Part shown: positions 1-7,458 of the stretch, piece by piece
Layout of the letters: each line of letters opens with the position of its first letter
How positions within the stretch are numbered: position 1 is the first letter of the stretch
Source of the DNA: a bacterium
Lineage (GTDB): Bacteria; SZUA-182; DTGQ01
NCBI GenBank assembly: GCA_040752695.1
Contig: JBFMGO010000151.1
Coordinates: 1-10,391, forward strand
Direction: 5' to 3'
Length of the DNA stretch: 10,391 nucleotides
Made by a program: the position numbers and the translations under genes
The notes under the pieces: model-generated
Seen by the model: the letters and a program-made list of their open reading frames with translations, nothing else
Told to the model about the DNA's origin: nothing
Database searches by the model: none

Positions 1-426
1 AAACTTGCCGGGACTTTGCTGCAAAAACCTGCTCAGACAGGTGTGCAGACCACTCCTCCCCAGGATAGCAGCCCAATTAAGATAAAGTCAGCATACCAGC
101 TCTTCGAGCAAATTTATGAGAACCGCCTGCCGGTCATGATCATTACCGGCCTTGTGGCCTATGACAATATGGTCATGGAATCACTGTCCATGCCGAGAAA
201 TCAAGGAACTACCAGATCATTGCCCTTTACGGCATCTTTTAGAAGGGTAAATTTTGCCTGGAGTGAGGTGGTAACTATCCCGGCAATGGCTGATCAGGCC
301 ACTGCTGATCGGGCAACGCCAAAGAAAAGCCAGGGAAATCAAAGCACCTCCGATCCTGGAGATAAGGCAAAAGAAAAAGGGGAATCCCTGCTGTACAAAT
401 TAATCGGAGCCCTTGGGCTCTATTAA
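1..426 (+). CDS. Dit-like phage tail/baseplate protein (tail tube initiator type), 5'-truncated by the window
   Basis: Frame 1 is open from base 1 (KLAGTLLQK...), so the true start is upstream. The segment AYQLFEQIYENRLPVMIITGLVAYDNMVMESLSMPRN...LPFTASFRRV resembles Dit-like proteins that precede plug/hub/spike genes in myophages. Ends TAA 424-426. Confidence 0.7.
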   Translation, partial: KLAGTLLQKPAQTGVQTTPPQDSSPIKIKSAYQLFEQIYENRLPVMIITGLVAYDNMVMESLSMPRNQGTTRSLPFTASFRRVNFAWSEVVTIPAMADQATADRATPKKSQGNQSTSDPGDKAKEKGESLLYKLIGALGLY

Positions 427-436
427 GGGTAAGTTA

Positions 437-760
437 ATGTCTTTACGACAGTTACCGGTAAGAGCAGACACGGCAAACTACGAATTCAAGATTGAACTTG
501 ACGGCACCCGGTATATCCTGGCCTTTCGGTTCAACACACGGGCTGGCCGGTGGATCATGGATGTTAAGACTGGCCAGGGGGTGATGCTTGTGGCCGGAAT
601 TGCTTTGCTTGCCGGAGTTGATCTCCTGGCACAGTTTCGGGCTTATGATGGAGTTCCCCAGGGCAACCTTTTTCTGCTCAACATCGAGGATGAAAATATA
701 AGCCCTGGAAGGAATGATCTTGGAGCCAATGTGCTTCTTTTGTATCGGGAGACAGGATAA
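437..760 (+). CDS. phage baseplate plug protein (cyanophage Pam3 gp18-like)
   Basis: ATG at 437 preferred over the 413 start, which overlaps the previous gene; 107 aa. Pattern LPV...YEFKIELDGTRYILAFRFNTRAGRWIMDV...GIALLAGVDLLAQF...DLG..VLLLY is typical of the small gene between Dit-like and hub genes. Confidence 0.7.
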   Translation: MSLRQLPVRADTANYEFKIELDGTRYILAFRFNTRAGRWIMDVKTGQGVMLVAGIALLAGVDLLAQFRAYDGVPQGNLFLLNIEDENISPGRNDLGANVLLLYRETG

Positions 761-764
761 TGAA

Positions 765-846
765 GGGTGAAGTGAGAAGGGTGAAGTGAGAAGAGTGAAG
801 TGTGAAGAGAGAAATTTTTTCACCCTTCATCCTTCACCCTTCACTC
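765..846. repeat. inverted arrays of 7-bp tandem repeats (imperfect hairpin)
   Basis: Seven purine-rich units GGGTGAA/GTGAGAA/GGGTGAA/GTGAGAA/GAGTGAA/GTGTGAA/GAGAGAA (765-813), a short A/T loop, then four complementary-type units TTCACCC/TTCATCC/TTCACCC/TTCACTC (819-846), followed by TTTT. Confidence 0.9.
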
Positions 847-872
847 TTTTCCTGTATGGGGAGACCACATAA

Positions 873-1745
873 ATGCTTTTATGGGACAGATCAGCAGCAG
901 TATCTTTCGGGCCTCGATGCAGGCTTAACGAGGGGATTAAAGTAATTGGTCTTCGGATAGCCTTTGAAATCGAGAAAACAAGTGAATCCCTGGTGCCCAA
1001 TACCGGCAGGATATCGATCTATAACCTGCACCCGAAGCACTGGGCCATGCTGGAATCAGGGGAAAGGAGTCTGGCCGTCATCCTGGAGGCAGGTTATGGT
1101 GGGAACCTTGAGGAGTTGTTTGTCGGGGATATCAAAAAAGCTGCTCTTTCAAGCGAAGATACCAAGAATGTCGCCTCGGTCACCGTGACCAGCCAGGGGC
1201 CGGATACGGTAACGATCATTGAGGCAGCAAGCGGCAGTAAAGCAATGGAAGCCATTATTGATAAGAGCTATGCCGAGGGCACTGACCTGAAAATTCCAGC
1301 CATTGACCTGGTACAAACCATGCGTGATACCGGCGGGATCATGATTAATGGTGTGCTCGATTTTCTCCGGACCGGATCGTTTGCGCCCAAGAAAGCACAG
1401 ACTGGCCTTGTTCTATCAGGATCATCAGCCCTTCATCTTGATAATCTGACCGGGGCCCTGGGCCTTGAGTGGAGCATCCAGGATAACGACATGCAAATGA
1501 TGACGGCGGGTGGCAAGACAACTGAGGAGGCAGTCCTTTTGACTCCGAAAACCGGACTTATTGGCTCTCCTGTTCGCAGGGAAGAGGGCATTGAATTTAC
1601 CGCTCTGATTCAGCCAAAGATCAGGCCGGGCCGGGCAGTAAGGATCGAGAGCGCCAGGGTTACCGGAAATTATCGGGTTAACAAGGCAAAATTCACGGGT
1701 GACACCCATGATAATGCCTGGTACGTGACAGCGGAGGCGAAGTGA
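873..1745 (+). CDS. baseplate hub protein (T4 gp27/Mu gp44-like fold)
   Basis: 290 aa, GGGGAG upstream. Motifs LRIAFEIEKT...PNTGRISIYNL, VILEAGY....LFVGDI, WSIQD, LLTPKTGLIGSP, LIQPKIRPGRAVRIES...YRV....FTGDTH..AWY match myophage hub proteins. Lies directly before the spike gene. Confidence 0.8.
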   Translation: MLLWDRSAAVSFGPRCRLNEGIKVIGLRIAFEIEKTSESLVPNTGRISIYNLHPKHWAMLESGERSLAVILEAGYGGNLEELFVGDIKKAALSSEDTKNVASVTVTSQGPDTVTIIEAASGSKAMEAIIDKSYAEGTDLKIPAIDLVQTMRDTGGIMINGVLDFLRTGSFAPKKAQTGLVLSGSSALHLDNLTGALGLEWSIQDNDMQMMTAGGKTTEEAVLLTPKTGLIGSPVRREEGIEFTALIQPKIRPGRAVRIESARVTGNYRVNKAKFTGDTHDNAWYVTAEAK

Positions 1746-2395
1746 TGAGTATCCAGAACGAGACAGCTACCCTGGCGTATACGATCAGAGAGGCGATCAG
1801 GGCACAGCTCCTTGATATGTATACGGCTATGCCTGCCAGGGTGGAAAAATACACCCCTGCTACCCAGAAGGCCGATGTTCAAATACTTTTGCGCAAACGT
1901 TATCAGAACAGTGAACCAAATGAATATCCGGTCATTCCGTCCGTGCCGGTGCAGTGGCCTTCAGCAGGTGGCGGGAATGCCTATGTTCACTTACCCCTGA
2001 AGGCCGGTGATTTGGGTGTAATCATTGTTTGCTCTCGTTCAATCGATAACTGGCTCTCTGGAGATGGTCAGATATCATCCCCCGATAATCCCCGGCACCA
2101 CGATCTTTCAGATTCTATATTTATCCCAGGGGTGCGGCCATTCAAGGCAGTCCTGGCGAATGTATCGGCTGATAACCTGGTGATCCAGAACAATACCCTT
2201 CGGATTGAGCTTGATCCGTCCGGCAAGATCAGTATCGAGGGTGCAAGCGAGGAACTTTTAACCGTGATCTTAGGAGTCATTGATCACCTGATCGGGGCAA
2301 AGGTACTGACAGCAATGGGGCCAGCTCCTTTCCTGGCCACTACGATAGCTGATTTCCAGCAGGATAAATCCAAATTGGAAACCTTGATGCCTTAA
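1745..2395 (+). CDS. Gp138-family baseplate central spike protein
   Basis: ATG 1745 (TGATG overlap with the hub stop, GGAGG at 1733-1737; GTG 1742 is an alternative). Gp138 N-terminal motifs PARVEKY...ADVQ, PVIPSVPVQWP, LPLKAGDLG..IVCSRSIDNW, RHHDLSDSIFIPG. Confidence 0.85.
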   Translation: MSIQNETATLAYTIREAIRAQLLDMYTAMPARVEKYTPATQKADVQILLRKRYQNSEPNEYPVIPSVPVQWPSAGGGNAYVHLPLKAGDLGVIIVCSRSIDNWLSGDGQISSPDNPRHHDLSDSIFIPGVRPFKAVLANVSADNLVIQNNTLRIELDPSGKISIEGASEELLTVILGVIDHLIGAKVLTAMGPAPFLATTIADFQQDKSKLETLMP

Positions 2396-2404
2396 GAGGA
2401 TGAA

Positions 2405-2647
2405 ATGTTAAGTGGTGACGTACTGGGGACCGCCATTGCTGCGGCATTGATAGCAGATCAGGGTGAGATGTCGGCGGCTGAAGAAGCTGTCCTGATCGCC
2501 AAGTGGAAGATTATCGCCGGACAGATTGTCTCTCACATTACCAATAATGCCGTTGTTAATGTGACCACAACCGGCGCAACCGGGACAGGTCCTTCCGGAG
2601 GGCCTCTCCCGATTACTGCACAACCTGGAGTGGGGACCGTATCATGA
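2405..2647 (+). CDS. small hypothetical virion protein, possibly spike-associated
   Basis: 80 aa, AAGAGGA RBS upstream, ATGA overlap with the next gene. Helical Ala-rich N-half and Gly/Thr-rich C-half. Confidence 0.65.
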   Translation: MLSGDVLGTAIAAALIADQGEMSAAEEAVLIAKWKIIAGQIVSHITNNAVVNVTTTGATGTGPSGGPLPITAQPGVGTVS

Positions 2648-3000
2648 GTGACCTTGCACTTGATACCGACGGTGATCTCTTGATATCAGGCTCTGACCTG
2701 GTATTGACCACAGGTGTAGATGCCATCAGGCAGCATCTGTCCCAGAGGCTGAAAACCTTTTACGGGGAGTGGTTTTTGAATGCTGAAATTGGGATTCCCT
2801 ACTTCCAGCAGGTCCTTCGCAAGAATCCTGATCCAGCGATCCTGGACAGCATCTTTAAGCGGGAGGTTATTAATACGCAGGGAATCCTTCGGCTTACGGA
2901 GTTTTCCCTTGATCTTAATGCGGGCACACGGGAACTTACCCTCTCCTTCAAGGCTCTGTGTGAAGAGGGAGTTATCGAATTCAGTGAGGTATTACCGTGA
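2644..3000 (+). CDS. gp25-like baseplate wedge / sheath initiator protein
   Basis: 118 aa with DL.LD.DGDL...DLVL..GVDAIRQHLSQRLKTFYGEWFLNAEIGIPYFQQVL. Lies immediately upstream of baseplate J. Confidence 0.8.
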   Translation: MSDLALDTDGDLLISGSDLVLTTGVDAIRQHLSQRLKTFYGEWFLNAEIGIPYFQQVLRKNPDPAILDSIFKREVINTQGILRLTEFSLDLNAGTRELTLSFKALCEEGVIEFSEVLP

Positions 3001-3025
3001 GCTTCAATGAGGTATTGCCATGAGC
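2980..3025 (+). repeat. 23-bp tandem duplication spanning the gp25-like stop and the baseplate J start
   Basis: TTCAGTGAGGTATTACCGTGAGC (2980-3002) and TTCAATGAGGTATTGCCATGAGC (3003-3025), 20/23 identical. Confidence 0.9.
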
Positions 3026-4222
3026 TATGGTCTGACAAGTGCCGGCTTTGTCCCGAAAACTCTCGATATCATCCAGGCGGAGATCGATGAAGCATTAAAA
3101 TCCAACCTTGGGGCACACCTCAACACGCTGCCAGAGAGTGTTTTTGGCCAGCTCAAAGGGACTTTCTCAGAGAGAGAAACTCTGCTCTGGGAGCTGGCAG
3201 AAGCTGTCTATAACAGCCAATATCCGGCTTCAGCAGAGGGTGTAAACCTTGATAATGCGGCCTCACTCACCGGGCTTACCAGGCTTCCTGCCATAGCATC
3301 AACCGTAGTGGTCCAGTTGACTGGAACCGAGGGGACTGCCGTTCCTGCAGGAACAGTATTCTCGGTATCCGGCAATCCTTCTATCAAATTTGCCACTAAT
3401 GCAGATGTTACCATCGGGTCAGGTCCAACCAATGCAGCCTGCACGGCTATTGCAGCCGGACCTCTTGTGGCCAATGCCGGAACTATGACCGTGATCGATA
3501 ACCCGATAGCCGGATTAACCAGCGTGACCAATCCGGAAGACGCCATCGTGGGCAGGAACACTGAAACTGATGCTGAATTTCGCATCCGGCGAAACAACCG
3601 CCTTCAGATCAGTCTGGCAGGGCCTCTTGAGGCTATCCGCTCAGCAGTCCTTGAGCTGAATGAAGATTCAGACAAGCCAGGAATTGAAACTGTAAGGGTA
3701 TTTGAAAACTACACCAATGAGATCGACTCCCGCGGCCTTCCTCCAAAAAGCTTTGAGGTTATTGTCTACCAGGCCGGAGGGGTTACAAGCCGTGATCAGG
3801 AGATAGCTGATGCGATCTTTGCTGCAAAGCCTGCAGGGATAGAATCCTGTGGCAATATATCAATGACTGTATCAGACTCTCAGGGGTTTTCTCATCCCAT
3901 CAAGTTTTCCCGTCCGGTGGATGTCGATATCTACCTCGAGCTTGATTTGACCGTGACCAGTGCTTACCCTGCTGATGGAGACAATCAGATCAAGGCATTA
4001 TTGGTTTCATGGGGGAATGCTCTTGGGGCCGGTCAAGACGTGATTGTATATCCTGCCCTCATAGGCCAGCTTGCCACCATACCGGGAATCACTGATGTAG
4101 TAGTCAGAATCGGGACTGCCCCTGATCCTGCCCTCGATGATAACATCGACATCGATGATGGGACCGGAGGTACGGTTGAGCTATCAAGGTGGGATACTTC
4201 CAGGATAACGATAACTTCATAG
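3020..4222 (+). CDS. baseplate J / Mu gp47 family wedge protein
   Basis: 400 aa, GAGG RBS. Hallmarks YGLTSAGF, P.SAEGVNLDNAASLTGLTR, GTAVPAGT, VTNP..A..GRNTETDAEFRIRR, VFENYT...D..GLPPKSFEVIV..G, IADAIFAAKPAGI. Confidence 0.92.
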   Translation: MSYGLTSAGFVPKTLDIIQAEIDEALKSNLGAHLNTLPESVFGQLKGTFSERETLLWELAEAVYNSQYPASAEGVNLDNAASLTGLTRLPAIASTVVVQLTGTEGTAVPAGTVFSVSGNPSIKFATNADVTIGSGPTNAACTAIAAGPLVANAGTMTVIDNPIAGLTSVTNPEDAIVGRNTETDAEFRIRRNNRLQISLAGPLEAIRSAVLELNEDSDKPGIETVRVFENYTNEIDSRGLPPKSFEVIVYQAGGVTSRDQEIADAIFAAKPAGIESCGNISMTVSDSQGFSHPIKFSRPVDVDIYLELDLTVTSAYPADGDNQIKALLVSWGNALGAGQDVIVYPALIGQLATIPGITDVVVRIGTAPDPALDDNIDIDDGTGGTVELSRWDTSRITITS

Positions 4223-4249
4223 GGTCTATAAGGATTCATAGGGCTTGAT

Positions 4250-4681
4250 ATGGCTGATTTTATCTATAACACTGGCAAACTGGGAATTCTGGATGGCAGC
4301 ATTGACCTTGTACATGATGATATCAAGGTGCTCATGGTGAAATCAGGCTACATTCCAAACCCCGACCATAGTTTCATTGATATGGGAATGGCCAATGATC
4401 CGGCACATAACGAGATATCAGGGCAGGGTTATGCCAGAAAGGGTCTGAGTGGCAAGTCCTTCACCAAAGACAATATCTATGACCTGGTCAGATTCTTTGC
4501 AGACAGTGTGATATATCCCAACCTTAAGACTGAGGAAATATCTGGTCTGATCATTTTTAAAGATACCGGTGATGATGCCACATCCCCTTTGATTATGTGG
4601 ATAGATACCGGCTTTCCTGTTACCCCGAAAGAAATCAATATGACCATCACCTGGCCGGAAGGAGGGATTTTGACCTTATGA
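4250..4681 (+). CDS. putative virion structural protein (minor tail / fibre-associated type)
   Basis: 143 aa with IYN..K..ILDGSIDL..DDIKVLMV..GY.PN.DH, EISGQGYARK and SPLIMWID...TITWP..GILTL, a pattern I recognise from uncharacterised phage structural proteins. ATGA coupling to the next gene. Confidence 0.6.
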   Translation: MADFIYNTGKLGILDGSIDLVHDDIKVLMVKSGYIPNPDHSFIDMGMANDPAHNEISGQGYARKGLSGKSFTKDNIYDLVRFFADSVIYPNLKTEEISGLIIFKDTGDDATSPLIMWIDTGFPVTPKEINMTITWPEGGILTL

Positions 4682-5469
4682 AACTGACTACAGTCTATGG
4701 ACCATCAACCTCTATTACCTTATCACTGGCAAGCCTTCCAACAGGATCGGCACGATCGAGCCTGGCCATAGATAACAGCATCACCAGATACCTTGATGCC
4801 ATGCTGACCTTGAGTATTCAGCTTGGAATCGGAACTCCATCCGGACAGCAGCTTGTTAATATCTGGTTTTATGGCTCAGAGGATGGCAGCCTTTACCTCG
4901 ATAACGCTGCAGGTGCGGATCAGGCGATCATAAAACGTGATCCTACCAACTGGCGGGGGCCTTTTGTGCTCAATACTCCTGACAGCGGCGGGCTTATCTA
5001 TACTGCCGTAATCCCCTCGGCAGGGACTTATTTCAATAAGGTTCTTCCCAGGAAGTGGGGGATTATCGTTGAAAATCAAAGCGGGGTAGCTTTTGCCGCT
5101 GGGGAGGGGAGCTTTGTCAAGACCTATAGCGGCATTTCCCTTCAGTTTGAAACCCCTGAAACGATAATCCATAATGCCGCTACTGTACCTGGTGCTGGTG
5201 AAGAGATAGATGTAACGGCACATGGGACCTTGAACTTACAGATTACCGGTACTGCTTCTTCATTCAGCCTCTCGTTTCTTGGATCGGTCGATGGGATAAA
5301 CTTTTTGCCTGTCTCGGCCATGAATTTAAAGACCTTCAACCTGTCTACGACGGCAACCAAGCTTGATGAAATATGGCAAATGGATGTTTCATCCATGAAG
5401 GCAGTCAGGGCAGAGTTGACTGCTGTATCCGGTGGGAACGTAACCGTAAAGGCAATGGCCATTCCGTAA
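4678..5469 (+). CDS. two-domain beta-sandwich virion protein with a XepA/YomS-like C-terminal domain
   Basis: ATG 4678 overlaps the previous stop (ATGA), preferred over the 4597 start; 263 aa. C-terminal ~100 aa (HNAATVPGAGEEIDV...LQITGTASS...EIWQMDV...AELTAVSGGNVTVKAMAIP) resembles Bacillus SPbeta YomS / PBSX XepA as I recall them. The N-domain is also beta-rich. Confidence 0.6.
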   Translation: MKLTTVYGPSTSITLSLASLPTGSARSSLAIDNSITRYLDAMLTLSIQLGIGTPSGQQLVNIWFYGSEDGSLYLDNAAGADQAIIKRDPTNWRGPFVLNTPDSGGLIYTAVIPSAGTYFNKVLPRKWGIIVENQSGVAFAAGEGSFVKTYSGISLQFETPETIIHNAATVPGAGEEIDVTAHGTLNLQITGTASSFSLSFLGSVDGINFLPVSAMNLKTFNLSTTATKLDEIWQMDVSSMKAVRAELTAVSGGNVTVKAMAIP

Positions 5470-5502
5470 GGAGGCAGGCAGACTATTTATTAAGGAGTAT
5501 TT

Positions 5503-6444
5503 TTGGTGTCTATTGAAAGCTCTCTTGTGAAAATACATGGATATCATGGGCTTAACCTTGGTTTGCTGAAAGCTAAACACAGGATGGCCGGGGTGAACAA
5601 AACACTCACCTTTTCCGGTTATCAGGAGAGGACTATTTGTGAAATAACCGGGAAAGGGTATGTGGATACCATCTGGTTTGGGATGTCTGCCAATAATACC
5701 TTCCTGAAAAATGCCAGGCTGAAAGTTTTCATTGATGGTGAAAGCAGTCCATCTCTTAACTTTGACCTTGGTTCATTGGGGCTGCATCTTTCATCTGGCT
5801 ATACCAATGGGTGGACTGAGCATATCTTTACCGAGACCAACTCCTCTTATCCTGCGGAGGTGGTATGTTTCAGGTTCCCAATCCCATATTCAACCGGAAT
5901 CGTGATAAAAATCAAGAGTAACGTCGCACAGACCATCTCTATCAGCAGTTATGTCTATGATGTTCCTGATGCTGACGTTCCTCTGCGGTTAAAATCGGTA
6001 AATATCCCCTATGACAGCAAAATCACTATCCTTGAGTCAGCAGATACTATCTATGAATTTTTTAACCTCTCAGGAGAGGGCTGGCTTGTATGGCATTCGA
6101 TGACTATGGAGCCAGTGACAGATAACTCGCATCTCCAGTCCAAAGTCAGTATCTATCTGAATGGCGAAGCGACTCCCTCGATTGATTCGGCAAATCTTCT
6201 CAACTGGTTTATGGATTCCAATGACTTTAACCAATGGCCCATGTCTACATCCTGGAAGATGCTCTCGATTTGTCCCAACGGAGGGTTTTATCCCAAAAAG
6301 TTTGATGTTGGAGTGGACCTTTTGGAACTTTTCGGTGGAATCAGGTTTGATTCAGGCGCAAGGGCTGTCCTTGATACCACCTCGACAGCAATGGCCACTG
6401 ACTTTTCTTTTGGTTATACCTGGCTCTATTACCAGCCGGTATAG
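5503..6444 (+). CDS. DUF2961/GH172-like double jelly-roll protein, paralogue 1 (putative catalytic Glu residues absent)
   Basis: TTG 5503 (or GTG 5506) after TAAGGAG. Motifs GKGYVDTIWF, LKVFIDGESSPS, FRFPIPYS, GEGWLV, IYLNGEATPSI show the two-fold internal repeat typical of DUF2961. Confidence 0.7.
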   Translation: MVSIESSLVKIHGYHGLNLGLLKAKHRMAGVNKTLTFSGYQERTICEITGKGYVDTIWFGMSANNTFLKNARLKVFIDGESSPSLNFDLGSLGLHLSSGYTNGWTEHIFTETNSSYPAEVVCFRFPIPYSTGIVIKIKSNVAQTISISSYVYDVPDADVPLRLKSVNIPYDSKITILESADTIYEFFNLSGEGWLVWHSMTMEPVTDNSHLQSKVSIYLNGEATPSIDSANLLNWFMDSNDFNQWPMSTSWKMLSICPNGGFYPKKFDVGVDLLELFGGIRFDSGARAVLDTTSTAMATDFSFGYTWLYYQPV

Positions 6445-6478
6445 CGAGTAATCCGGTACATCCGGTATAGAGGCATAC

Positions 6479-7438
6479 ATGAGTATACAGCAGTATTTGA
6501 AAAACCATGAGCTTTATGGCCTCAACCTTGGACTCAGGCCAAAGGTGAAACAAATCGTTGGTCGGATTGAGTGGGACACTATTGATGCCGGAGAAACAAG
6601 GGTTCTGCTCGATGAGGATGGGCCTGGTGTCATAGATTCAATCTGGTTTGCCATAGGGGGAACCAATAATACCTTCAATAACATGATCCTGAGATTCTAT
6701 ATTGATGGGGAAGATATCCCATCCATTCAATTTGATGGCGGATCATTGGGGTATAGGCAAGCTAATGCCATATCCCAGCAGTCCCATGCTACTGCGCATG
6801 TACATTTTACAGTTCAACCCGATGGGGGAGGAGGTTTAAGTTTAAGGTTCCCCATTCCCTACTCTACCCACATAAGAGTTACCATCCAAAATCCTGAAGC
6901 TGAACAGCAATACCTTTTTTGCCAGATATACCGCACCTTGGGGATAGATATCCCCCTTCGGTTAAAATCGATAAACATCCCCTGGTCAAATAAGGTAACA
7001 ATTCTTGCTTCGACACCTGTCGAATATGAATACTTTAATCTTACCGGCATTGAAGGATGGCTTGTGTGGTTTTCGACCATCCTGGATGGTGCTGCCGGAA
7101 TCTCGTTTGCCGAATCGAAGATGAAAATATACCTGGATGGAGAATCGAGCCCATCTATCGATTCTCCTGATTTTCCAAGCTTTTTTGGAGAGTGTAAGAA
7201 CTTTTCTTACAGCAGGCAGTTTATCTCCACAATGCATGTGTATTTCAACTCCTGGAGGCTATTGTGCCCTGCCGGGTTTGACACCGAGTATAGGGTCAAT
7301 ATCGGCCTTGATATCATGAAGTTCCTGGGAGGGATTTACTTTCAATCAGGGGCAAGGGCTATCCTGGATACTACTCCGACAACCATAGTCACAGATTTTG
7401 ATATGAGCTATATCTGGCTCTACTATCAAAAAATATAA
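6479..7438 (+). CDS. DUF2961/GH172-like double jelly-roll protein, paralogue 2
   Basis: 319 aa, AGAGG RBS. IDAGETRVLLDEDGPGVIDSIWF, LRFYIDGEDIPSI, LRFPIPYSTHIRVTIQN and ESKMKIYLDGESSPSI are DUF2961-type motifs. Collinear with paralogue 1. Confidence 0.78.
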   Translation: MSIQQYLKNHELYGLNLGLRPKVKQIVGRIEWDTIDAGETRVLLDEDGPGVIDSIWFAIGGTNNTFNNMILRFYIDGEDIPSIQFDGGSLGYRQANAISQQSHATAHVHFTVQPDGGGGLSLRFPIPYSTHIRVTIQNPEAEQQYLFCQIYRTLGIDIPLRLKSINIPWSNKVTILASTPVEYEYFNLTGIEGWLVWFSTILDGAAGISFAESKMKIYLDGESSPSIDSPDFPSFFGECKNFSYSRQFISTMHVYFNSWRLLCPAGFDTEYRVNIGLDIMKFLGGIYFQSGARAILDTTPTTIVTDFDMSYIWLYYQKI

Positions 7439-7458
7439 AAATATAGAGGCATTGCACA

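Noticed and set aside
452..823. 123-aa minus-strand ORF
   Set aside because: It is antisense to the plug gene and its N-terminus is just the translated heptamer repeat (SHFTLLTSPFSLHPS).
814..852. Canonical rho-independent terminator
   Set aside because: The stem is long, imperfect and repeat-derived with only four T residues after it, in mid-operon; reported as a repeat hairpin instead.
1..4222. Type VI secretion system or Afp/PVC-type extracellular contractile injection system
   Set aside because: The gene set (Dit-like, plug, separate hub and Gp138 spike, DUF2612) is of myophage type with no fused VgrG or PAAR gene. A phage-derived tailocin cannot be excluded because head genes lie outside the window.
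4597..4677. 27-codon N-terminal extension of the 4678 gene
   Set aside because: It overlaps the upstream gene by over 80 bp; ATG 4678 gives a standard ATGA coupling with GGAGG a short distance upstream.
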